Positions 56,455 through 64,000 of a stretch of 64,000 nt of DNA are shown here, piece after piece. The translations under genes and the position numbers were made by a program. Numbering within the stretch: the first letter of the stretch is position 1; every line of letters starts with the position of its first letter. Source of the stretch: a virus; IMG/VR virus record IMGVR_UViG_3300021960_000018; one strand, written 5' to 3'. The notes below the pieces were generated by a model. The model saw only the letters and a program-made list of their open reading frames with translations. It had not been told where the DNA came from and searched no databases.

Positions 56455-56873
56455 TCAATCTGGGCTTCTTTGAACATTTCTAGAGTCTGTTCGACAGATT
56501 CCCGCCAACGTTCGTTGAAAGGATCCCCGTGCATAACAACACGATCAATACCTACTTGGATAATAGCCTTAGCGCATTCGCTGCAGCAGGGTAAGCCGTA
56601 GACGTACATGGTAGAACCTTTTAGGGATACACCATTGTAAGTAGCATTATAGATGCAGTTTGCTTCAGCGTGAACGATATATTTATACTTAATCTGACGA
56701 TCTGCATAACGTTCATTCATATCCAAAATGTGTCGTGGGAAGCCGTTATATCCTGTAGATAGTACTTCACCCTTCCCGCCTACCGCAATTGCACCGATTT
56801 TGCTGGAAGGATCTTTCGACCAAGTAGAAACTTCCTTGGCCAGGTTAATATAGCGGACGTCCCATTTATCCAT
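56436..56873 (-). CDS. cd: dCMP deaminase
   Basis: SKDPS, TGYNG, HAEAN, PCCSEC; start MDKWD. Confidence 0.9.
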   Translation of the reverse strand: MDKWDVRYINLAKEVSTWSKDPSSKIGAIAVGGKGEVLSTGYNGFPRHILDMNERYADRQIKYKYIVHAEANCIYNATYNGVSLKGSTMYVYGLPCCSECAKAIIQVGIDRVVMHGDPFNERWRESVEQTLEMFKEAQIDWEFIN

Positions 56874-58161
56874 AAAGTTCACTCCAGATTTTTTCATTGG
56901 TTTGGCGTTGTTGCATAGGATCTGTGCGGATTGCATCAGTCTTAAGAGGATGTTTGTCCCGCGAAAGAATCTTTTGTGGGACAAGATCTTTGAAAGCTTC
57001 TTTAAGAACTTTCTTTTCGCCATTACGTTGCTCGTACGGCGTGCGTAGCGCGTGCGTGACGACCTTAGGCGACAGGAATGGAGCACGAAGTTCAATAGTG
57101 CTATGCATCATCGTACGGTCCAATTTAGGTAGATGATAATAAGGCAATTCACACCAAATATCCGAAGCTTGGCTATCATACTCTTTTGCACGACGATATC
57201 CACCGAATAGTTCGTCAGCACCATCCCCGGTTAGGACTGCATGGAAACCGAGGTCATGTAGTTTTCCTGCCATAGCAATTTGTGGTTTGGTAGAACCAAG
57301 ATCAACTGGAGACTGATGTATAGCAACGCTATCCATGTCACTAACGCCGTGAAGTTGTACTTCGACCATATCTTTTGCAACCAATTTAGCATAGTCTTCT
57401 TCTCCATTATCGACGTGAATGGCTGTAACATCACGACCGAGGATATCAGTAATAATCTTATAAATGATGGTAGAATCTAGGCCGCCAGATAGTAGAATAG
57501 ACAGTTCACGCTGACCGCCAAGGCGTCGTTCGACTGATTCGATTAGGTCAGTGCGCAGGTCAGTGCACGAGGTCATTTTCCAATTCCAGTACTTGTGCAC
57601 TTGCCCTTTATGAATAAGGCATCCTGGAGGAAGTTGTTTAATTTCATTCCAGGGAGTACCACCAGTTGGATCATAGCCCCATTTCATAGTATTTGAATGG
57701 AACAGTTCGTTACGGGTGACAGGACCAAATTCTTTTAGTACATCTGGTTCAGAAGCCATAGCATCTACGTCAGTACGGTAATACAAAGGCTTAATACTAA
57801 GATGATCGGTAACACCAAACAGTGCGCCGTCCATAACAGTTACGTATGTCCAGAAGCCATCGAATCGATTAAACTCACGAATACCTTTGATCCAAAAGGT
57901 TTGCCATGCACAATCGATATCATTATCGAAGCCAAAATCTTCGTAGTTAAAGATTTCACCGACAAATAGTGAGTTACTACCAGGACGAGGCTGAATAGCG
58001 ACTTCAGGATCTAGATTAACAAATGGTAGACTTACGTGGCCGAGCTGAATAGGACCATTACGTTCATAGCCTTTATAACCCGGTAGTCCTCGATAAGCAA
58101 TTTTATCCAGTAATGATTCTACATCAACATCTGTATTGATTGCTGCAATGAAACCACACAT
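56866..58161 (-). CDS. Asparagine-synthetase-B-like amidotransferase
   Basis: N-terminal MCG, GEIFN, KPLYY, LSGGLDS, TGDGADELFGGY, ELRAPFL. Confidence 0.9.
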   Translation of the reverse strand: MCGFIAAINTDVDVESLLDKIAYRGLPGYKGYERNGPIQLGHVSLPFVNLDPEVAIQPRPGSNSLFVGEIFNYEDFGFDNDIDCAWQTFWIKGIREFNRFDGFWTYVTVMDGALFGVTDHLSIKPLYYRTDVDAMASEPDVLKEFGPVTRNELFHSNTMKWGYDPTGGTPWNEIKQLPPGCLIHKGQVHKYWNWKMTSCTDLRTDLIESVERRLGGQRELSILLSGGLDSTIIYKIITDILGRDVTAIHVDNGEEDYAKLVAKDMVEVQLHGVSDMDSVAIHQSPVDLGSTKPQIAMAGKLHDLGFHAVLTGDGADELFGGYRRAKEYDSQASDIWCELPYYHLPKLDRTMMHSTIELRAPFLSPKVVTHALRTPYEQRNGEKKVLKEAFKDLVPQKILSRDKHPLKTDAIRTDPMQQRQTNEKIWSELYG

Positions 58162-58940
58162 TACACTGCTGCTCCTTCGAAGTTATCCCAATTGTATTCT
58201 TGAATGCCGGCAAGCTGTCTTAGTGCATATCGATCATTCTCGAAACAATGTAAACTAGTTGAGCTAAAATGTAAATACCCTGGTTTGGCATTTATACCAC
58301 TTTTTTCAATCATCCACATAGTTAGACGATTAGCAAAGTATAGGTCGTTGTGTAGGTGACGCACCACGTCGCAAGAGCGCATGTGATATGAACAGTGTAG
58401 TTCACCGCCGCGTTCCATAAAGTGCCAACCGAATGAACAGGGTACACGCTCACCCTGATTAGCAGCTACGATATCCTCGGGAAACCACATAGGAACATAA
58501 CACTGACGGGTAGTACTGTCCTTTTTAAGCAATTCAACGGCATCGCCAAGGTTGCCAGTCTTGAAGCGAATACCGTCCATGCTTGGTGCCCACATACGTT
58601 CGGGATACGAATGAGAGAACGCTTGTTGGCCCTCAGACATATATTTGTCTGTATCCTTGAGCCACATAGTGTGGGATGGGGGAGGATTAAGTGGTACACC
58701 GCCGGTACGTTCGTCAAAGTGTACGTCGGCCCAGGGTTGTGTAGCGCTTAGACCGTCTGATGCTTCTTTGGCATCAGTATACATTGGTGCTACTAGGTCA
58801 GCGTGAAGAATCTCCAGGAAGGTAGGCGGAGAGGTCGTACCCTGCCAGCTTCCCGTCTGAATCGTATACCCCTGTTTGTACAACAAAGTCCTTAAGTTTT
58901 TCAAGCCCTCGCTCAGATTTCTCCCGCTTACTCTGTTCAC
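58161..58940 (-). CDS. Thymidylate-synthase homolog with dCMP-type specificity residue (gp42-like)
   Basis: TRQ, catalytic PC, MRSCDVVRHLHND (Asp at the E. coli Asn177 position), SLH. Confidence 0.8.
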   Translation of the reverse strand: MNRVSGRNLSEGLKNLRTLLYKQGYTIQTGSWQGTTSPPTFLEILHADLVAPMYTDAKEASDGLSATQPWADVHFDERTGGVPLNPPPSHTMWLKDTDKYMSEGQQAFSHSYPERMWAPSMDGIRFKTGNLGDAVELLKKDSTTRQCYVPMWFPEDIVAANQGERVPCSFGWHFMERGGELHCSYHMRSCDVVRHLHNDLYFANRLTMWMIEKSGINAKPGYLHFSSTSLHCFENDRYALRQLAGIQEYNWDNFEGAAV

Positions 58941-59361
58941 TTTCGTATACCCTTTCTCTCAGGTTTGAAGAAGAGAACCTGTGGTCTCTCTTGTTATAAT
59001 AAATGTCAATACCAAGTGCGCGGCATTCTTCTTTACCGGTAAAGTCACGGGATCGATATTCATCACCAATAATACGGATATCAATAGGATACATCTCTAA
59101 GATATCCATAACGTCAGACTCTGTCTGATATGGGATAATTTCATCTACGTAACTAACAGCGGCAAGTTGGGAATGCCGCTCCACTAGGGTTTGTACTGGT
59201 GGATTCTTGTACATTCTATCATAACTTGGGTCCACTTGTAAACCACAAATTAGATGGTCGCACACACTTTTTGCTTCACGGAGCATGGCTATATGCCCCG
59301 CGTGAAGTAAATCAAAAGTGCTAAAGGTAATACCTACGATAGGCTTTTTAGGATGCTCCAT
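58798..59361 (-). CDS. Glycerol-3-phosphate cytidylyltransferase-like (TagD/RfaE-type)
   Basis: TFDLLHAGH, YVDEIIPY, RDHRFSSS. Confidence 0.88.
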   Translation of the reverse strand: MEHPKKPIVGITFSTFDLLHAGHIAMLREAKSVCDHLICGLQVDPSYDRMYKNPPVQTLVERHSQLAAVSYVDEIIPYQTESDVMDILEMYPIDIRIIGDEYRSRDFTGKEECRALGIDIYYNKRDHRFSSSNLRERVYESEQSKREKSERGLEKLKDFVVQTGVYDSDGKLAGYDLSAYLPGDSSR

Positions 59362-60065
59362 GTTTCTTCCCAACTCTTTACATGATGTGCATGGCTGCCA
59401 GAATTTGCAACTTCTAGCATGAGCGTATAATCATTTCCCCCTGGCTCCATTTTGTCTCCAAAGAAATGAATGTTATCATATGGGGAAAATTTATGAATGA
59501 TTTGGGATTTATCATATCCCTTTTCGACAATATCTATACCGGTTTCTCCTGCGACTTGGCAATCATAGGCAGGAAAATACGTATTCAAATAATCAGCAAT
59601 TGCTTGTCTTTCGTAATGAACGGCATCCCATTCTTTATATTCTTCCCGTTCATCGATAGTACATCCACGACCGATAATAGAAAAATTAACTAGGCCCGGT
59701 CTTACATCTACATGATTCCCGGTTTTAACTGGGAACTGACTTATCTGGAGGAAGTCGTCAAATGCGTCAAACATTTCCATAGGAAGTTCCATTTTACGAA
59801 CTTCAAGTCTTCTGTCTTTGTGCCAAATATCATTACCTGCGCACTGGAAACAGATCTGCATTGAATTATATAATCCGGAGCCGATTTGTTCTAAGGTTTT
59901 CGGACGGTCAGATCCTGTTACAATACAACAAAAATGATTGTTAGCAAAATCAATCATCCAGTCTCTAAACTTAGGATCAATTGTATGTCTACTATATGTG
60001 AGAGTTCCGTCTACGTCGAAAACGAACTTATTAAGGTCTGGTTTTGATTTTACATCAAGCTGCAT
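59334..60065 (-). CDS. HAD-type phosphomannomutase (eukaryotic PMM-like)
   Basis: FDVDGTLT, VTGSD, NFSIIGR, FFGDKMEPGGNDY. Confidence 0.85.
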   Translation of the reverse strand: MQLDVKSKPDLNKFVFDVDGTLTYSRHTIDPKFRDWMIDFANNHFCCIVTGSDRPKTLEQIGSGLYNSMQICFQCAGNDIWHKDRRLEVRKMELPMEMFDAFDDFLQISQFPVKTGNHVDVRPGLVNFSIIGRGCTIDEREEYKEWDAVHYERQAIADYLNTYFPAYDCQVAGETGIDIVEKGYDKSQIIHKFSPYDNIHFFGDKMEPGGNDYTLMLEVANSGSHAHHVKSWEETWSILKSLS

Positions 60066-60414
60066 TCTCTGCTACTTTATCCATATCAAAATTAACACTC
60101 ACGCCGCAGCCACAAGAAGATTGCGCATTCGGATTTGAAATCTCAAATGTTGATCCAATAATGGATTTTGTATAATCAATAGTGGAACCAAGTAGAAACA
60201 TTAAACTTGTTGATCCTACTACAAAATTACCATTTTCACAGGGGATCAGAATATCGTTCTTTTCTATTTCAGATTCGGTCATTGTACCCCATTCATATTC
60301 GAACCCGGCACATCCTCCGCCCTTGATATTCAAACTAATCGCATGACAGTTATTTTCTTGACAAAGCTTGCCGATTTGGCTATTAGCGGATGGGGTTAAA
60401 AATACTAGAGACAT
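60055..60414 (-). CDS. HesB/IscA A-type Fe-S carrier
   Basis: GGGCAGFEY, NPNAQSSCGCGVS. Confidence 0.92.
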   Translation of the reverse strand: MSLVFLTPSANSQIGKLCQENNCHAISLNIKGGGCAGFEYEWGTMTESEIEKNDILIPCENGNFVVGSTSLMFLLGSTIDYTKSIIGSTFEISNPNAQSSCGCGVSVNFDMDKVAENAA

Positions 60415-60590
60415 TTAAGTTCCTTTATAGTCTTCTACGTCTTGAACGCAGACCATACCTTCCCAGGTTTTATTGATTGCAATTTCAGCCTCGTGCATAT
60501 CGTATAAACATTCTTCAAATGTTTCATATTCACCTAAATCTGTTACGATAACAGTCCCTTGAATTAACTGAATCCAAAGCAACATCCACA

Positions 60591-60932
60591 TTATTTATGT
60601 CCTACAGTTTCTCTTTTAATATCGTTATGGTTAAACTCGGCCCAATAAAGTTCAAATGCTACACCATCTTCAATACACTCAAACTGGTGATAGACACCAG
60701 GCTTGACTTTTGTATAGTCACCAGGGCCTAGTACAGTCTCATCCACCAGATCATAATCTTTTTGCCATACACGAATAAGCATACGACCTGATTCTACATA
60801 GAAGCCATTCCACTTATACTCATGAAGGTGTTTAGAACACACACCACCAGCTTCCATCTCAATTCGATGAAACTCGAGCACACCATTAGCTTCAATTAGT
60901 TCAGTCGTACCCCACACTTTTCCTGCGATCAT
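60591..60932 (-). CDS. Cupin (sugar isomerase-like)
   Basis: KVWG, CSKHLH, PGVYHQF. Confidence 0.7.
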   Translation of the reverse strand: MIAGKVWGTTELIEANGVLEFHRIEMEAGGVCSKHLHEYKWNGFYVESGRMLIRVWQKDYDLVDETVLGPGDYTKVKPGVYHQFECIEDGVAFELYWAEFNHNDIKRETVGHK

Positions 60933-61264
60933 TTCCCATCACCTTTCAAACATTTGCGAACATGCTCGATCTTATAATCACGATCCCAACCCTTTAAATA
61001 GTCGTTGTCACGATCAAAGAATGTCAGCATTTCATCTTCAGTGCATTCGTAGTGATCTACGATCTGTTCACCAAGCCATTCCTGTGAAAACTCTTCACAC
61101 TCTTGCATAGTTACTGTATCTAGTGCCCAATCAACTAGATCTTTTTCGGTTGGGGTAACATCTGTATTCAACTTACTCAAATCATCTTTGTGCATTACAT
61201 AACGCATACGATGTGTTGAAATAGTTGTTACTACAATATAATCATTGTTCGCCATAGATATCAA
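60929..61264 (-). CDS. Hypothetical protein
   Basis: EFSQEWLGEQI motif; coupled ORF. Confidence 0.6.
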   Translation of the reverse strand: MISMANNDYIVVTTISTHRMRYVMHKDDLSKLNTDVTPTEKDLVDWALDTVTMQECEEFSQEWLGEQIVDHYECTEDEMLTFFDRDNDYLKGWDRDYKIEHVRKCLKGDGK

Positions 61265-61481
61265 TCACCCTGTTCAATGCATGAATATCTTGGACCAGGC
61301 ATTCCCAGTCTTCTTCTTCGTGTAGCAAAAGCTCACGATTAGCTTTAATATTATCAAGTCGTTCACGTTCCATTGTATACATGTCGCGAGACTCTTTCAA
61401 ACGGTGTACAACCATAGCATCCATAAGATCCCAAACCGCTTCGTGCTCAAGTGCTTTTGCCAATAAATCAATTACTTTCAT
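61242..61481 (-). CDS. Hypothetical protein
   Basis: Coupled ORF. Confidence 0.55.
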   Translation of the reverse strand: MKVIDLLAKALEHEAVWDLMDAMVVHRLKESRDMYTMERERLDNIKANRELLLHEEEDWECLVQDIHALNRVIDIYGEQ

Positions 61482-61638
61482 TCATCCATATCCACTATAT
61501 CAAGAACTTTGTTATATTCAATCATATATCCACAAGCACGAAGGAAGTTCTGAAACTGTTCAAGCACTTCATCAAGTGTGCTATCATCATGGACTTCTAC
61601 CTCAATCTTAATCCCGTGTTCATTCCATCTACTAAATC

Positions 61639-61821
61639 TCATTCATCTACCTCCCAATAACGACAGTAGAAGTGTTTAGGCATTTTATCAATCTCGAATT
61701 GTGGATAGCCTTCGCTCAACAGCCAAGGGATAATACTTTCCCCCTCTGGATAATCTGCAGGCAACGGTTTAGGAAATCCATACTTCCATCCACTAGGTGG
61801 ATCTACCATTGTTCTTTTCAT
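61639..61821 (-). CDS. Hypothetical protein (DPPSGWKYGFPK)
   Basis: Start MKRTMVD; SD GAGG. Confidence 0.6.
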   Translation of the reverse strand: MKRTMVDPPSGWKYGFPKPLPADYPEGESIIPWLLSEGYPQFEIDKMPKHFYCRYWEVDE

Positions 61822-62485
61822 TCCACTTCCTCGCATCCTCTGGTGTATTAATCTCAATACCATTAAAGGTTACTGGTAAGACACCAATATCATGTCCATT
61901 TTTTAGCCAACGTAGTTGTTCTAATTTTTCGACGCGTTCTTCTTTTGTACCAGTCATGTACGGATACAATTGTAACACATCTTTGTGGTATCCGTAAACC
62001 CCCAAATGCCAATCTCCGTATCCAGTCATTCCTCTGCCGAACCACAAACATTTATCCCCAGCTCTAACCAGTTTAACCGAATTAGGATTATTTTGTTCTT
62101 CTTCCGGCATCAATGCACAAACCGTAGAGACTTTATAATAATTTAACATCTTTTCGGTTTTTTGGATCATCTCTAAAGTAACATCCGGCATATCACCTTG
62201 TACGTTAATAAATCGATCATAATGAGATAATAATGCAGATTTATTAACAGCGCCGGCACACCGCTCAGTCCCATTTTCATATGGATCTGTATCTACAATT
62301 AATTTATTATCTGGGAATAAATCTATAATTAAAGGATGGTCAGTCAACACATAGGTATCAAGACCGGCCTCTTTACATGCATTATATACTCTGACGATCA
62401 TATGGTGATCACCAAGCATAGTTAGAGGTTTACCTGGAAATCGAGTTGATCCGTATCTAGCCGGAATGAGGATAGCGGTCGCCAT
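61793..62485 (-). CDS. kdsB: CMP-Kdo synthetase
   Basis: IPARYGSTRFPGKPL, GTER, NVQGD, HLGVY, EKLEQLRWL. Confidence 0.92.
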   Translation of the reverse strand: MATAILIPARYGSTRFPGKPLTMLGDHHMIVRVYNACKEAGLDTYVLTDHPLIIDLFPDNKLIVDTDPYENGTERCAGAVNKSALLSHYDRFINVQGDMPDVTLEMIQKTEKMLNYYKVSTVCALMPEEEQNNPNSVKLVRAGDKCLWFGRGMTGYGDWHLGVYGYHKDVLQLYPYMTGTKEERVEKLEQLRWLKNGHDIGVLPVTFNGIEINTPEDARKWNEKNNGRST

Positions 62486-63301
62486 TTACCAATTCCTATA
62501 ATTTCTATCAATAGGTGCTGTTTCTTTTGGTGTATAATGGCATCTATCGATACCATCAATCACCTTTTGAAAATCCATAAGTTTAACCATATTAGGTCCG
62601 TCGGATGGAGCATTTTCAGGATCAGGATGTACTTCTAAAAAGAAGTTTTTAATACCCAAAGCAGAGCCTGCACGACATAGCCCAGGAACATAATCTCGAT
62701 TGCCGCCACTAGAACTGCCTTGCCCACCTGGTTTTTGAACGGAGTGCGTGGCGTCCAAAACAATAGGACAATCAAAGTTATTAAGCATATAGTCAAGGCC
62801 GGTGAAATCAACCACCAAATTATTATATCCAAAACTAGTACCCCTTTCAGTAATCCAAATTTCTTTTGCGCCTTCAGTTTTTGACAAAATGCCTGCAACA
62901 TCCCATGGTGCTAGGAACTGTCCCTTTTTAATATTAACGATCTTATTGCTTTCTACAGCTGCACGAATTAAATCAGTTTGCCGGCATAGAAAGGCTGGGA
63001 TCTGAATAACATCAACACTATCTCTAAAATGATTTCGAATGAACATAACATCTTCGACACTATGCACATCTGTAAGAATCTTAAGATCCGGAATGTTCTT
63101 TTTCATCTCCCTGAAATCAAACATTGTTTGGGGTAAACCTTTACCCCGTTTTCCATTCATAGAGGTGCGATTAGCTTTGTCATAGCTGGCTTTAAAAACA
63201 TATTCAAATCCAAACTGTTCGCAATCCCATTTGCAAGCTTTTGCGATCTCTAAAGATTGTTCTAATGATTCGTGCTGACAGGGACCGGCAATAATACGCA
63301 T
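62486..63301 (-). CDS. kdsA: Kdo-8-phosphate synthase (metal-dependent type)
   Basis: IAGPC, KASYDKANRTS, PAFLCRQTD, KKGQFLAP, DATHSVQ.PGG, SDG. Confidence 0.95.
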   Translation of the reverse strand: MRIIAGPCQHESLEQSLEIAKACKWDCEQFGFEYVFKASYDKANRTSMNGKRGKGLPQTMFDFREMKKNIPDLKILTDVHSVEDVMFIRNHFRDSVDVIQIPAFLCRQTDLIRAAVESNKIVNIKKGQFLAPWDVAGILSKTEGAKEIWITERGTSFGYNNLVVDFTGLDYMLNNFDCPIVLDATHSVQKPGGQGSSSGGNRDYVPGLCRAGSALGIKNFFLEVHPDPENAPSDGPNMVKLMDFQKVIDGIDRCHYTPKETAPIDRNYRNW

Positions 63302-63537
63302 TAATAATGTTTCACCACTCTATAATCAAAGGGTTTATGAGTTCTAAATTCTACTTTTGCACCTTCAAGCGTAACACCCTTGAAATAGGTTGAAGTAATT
63401 TTTTTTAATTCCTTTAACTCGTAGGACATAACACCAGTCGTACCGTCATCCTCTTGTGTATAGAGAGTAACGGTATAATGATCACTAAAAATTCTTTTTA
63501 ATAGTCCAGGTTTATTTTTAGACGACTTCATCCTCAT
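63301..63537 (-). CDS. Hypothetical protein
   Basis: Coupled ORF. Confidence 0.55.
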   Translation of the reverse strand: MRMKSSKNKPGLLKRIFSDHYTVTLYTQEDDGTTGVMSYELKELKKITSTYFKGVTLEGAKVEFRTHKPFDYRVVKHY

Positions 63538-63685
63538 CCGCCTTTCTTACTGTCCAAGCACCATCGTCTTGTTCTTCCCAGACTAATACAGTGCCAATTT
63601 CCCAACCCATAGAGGTCATCAGTTCATCAGGAAATTCAATAAGCAATTCCCCATTGCCATCATCTTTTAGTTCAAGTGTGTACAT
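63518..63685 (-). CDS. AbrB/MazE-like small protein (not in ORF track)
   Basis: GELLIEFPDELMTSMGWEIGTVLVW; SD AGGAG. Confidence 0.6.
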   Translation of the reverse strand: MYTLELKDDGNGELLIEFPDELMTSMGWEIGTVLVWEEQDDGAWTVRKADEDEVV

Positions 63686-63696
63686 ATTATATACTC

Positions 63697-64000
63697 CTAT
63701 ACGTTTTTGTAAGCATATTCAAGTGCGCGATCCGCCTCAACCTCTAGCGGACGATTTTCATACCAATTACCATTCTCACGATCAAACTCTTGGCATAGAT
63801 TCGCGATCTGAGATGCAGTAATTGGGTATTCCTTAGTAATTGCTTTAGCAGCCGTAGCTACCATAATCTGGTACATCTTATGATACCAACCAGTTTCAGT
63901 AATTGCTCTGTATTCGTCTGCAAGTTTACGTGGCCAGAATGGACAGTCATTATAACCAGACCAAACATAGTTGGTGTTTTCCATTTTCGATCTACGATGT
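63697..64000 (-). CDS. C-terminal part of a primase-associated (PriCT-like) protein, truncated by the window edge
   Basis: GWYHKMYQIMV...YPITASQIANLC...EADRALEY. Confidence 0.5.
   Translation of the reverse strand, partial: HRRSKMENTNYVWSGYNDCPFWPRKLADEYRAITETGWYHKMYQIMVATAAKAITKEYPITASQIANLCQEFDRENGNWYENRPLEVEADRALEYAYKNV

Noticed and set aside
56874-57095. Long N-terminal extension of the dCMP deaminase
   Set aside because: Overlaps the AsnB-like CDS in another frame; the family-like sequence starts at MDKWD (56873).
1-64000. CRISPR array, DGR/retron, integrase or transposase
   Set aside because: No regularly spaced repeat-spacer units, RT motifs or recombinase/transposase ORFs seen. The repeats found are promoter cassettes.
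1-64000. Stop-codon reassignment
   Set aside because: Core genes are full length in the standard code, all three stops are used, and no suppressor tRNA is present.

Overview
64 kb internal segment of a large T4-like (Tevenvirinae/Kyanoviridae-style) myophage genome. Almost all genes are on the minus strand. The host is most likely a GC-rich alphaproteobacterium, inferred from a two-piece permuted tmRNA with tag ANDNFAPLALAA and a set of U34 tRNAs. From left to right the window holds: a tRNA cluster with a downstream pseudoknot element; a glycosyltransferase/sugar-tailoring island; phoH, nfuA-like, denV-like and rnh genes; nrdAB with NrdR-like boxes; spanins; a cluster of probable capsid-internal (ejected) proteins that includes kinase-, nucleotidyltransferase- and ligase-like enzymes; early-promoter cassettes with small ORFs; an AT-rich island of Fe/2OG oxygenases, methyltransferases, a PLP enzyme and a desaturase; a late-promoter six-gene secreted module resembling an usher-less pilus system; tmRNA; dNMP kinase, sleB-like, thyX, helicase 41 and uvsX; a GIY-YIG homing endonuclease; a putative cytosine-hypermodification locus (dCMP-type thymidylate-synthase homolog, AsnB-like amidotransferase, sugar-nucleotide enzymes); and kdsA/kdsB. 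The best candidates for undescribed biology are (1) the dCMP-modifier/amidotransferase locus, (2) the six-gene pilin/chaperone-like module, (3) short CG-saturated synonymously recoded islands recurring every ~6-11 kb inside unrelated genes, and (4) the capsid-targeted kinase/NTase/ligase cluster. All product calls come from motif recognition by eye; no searches were run.
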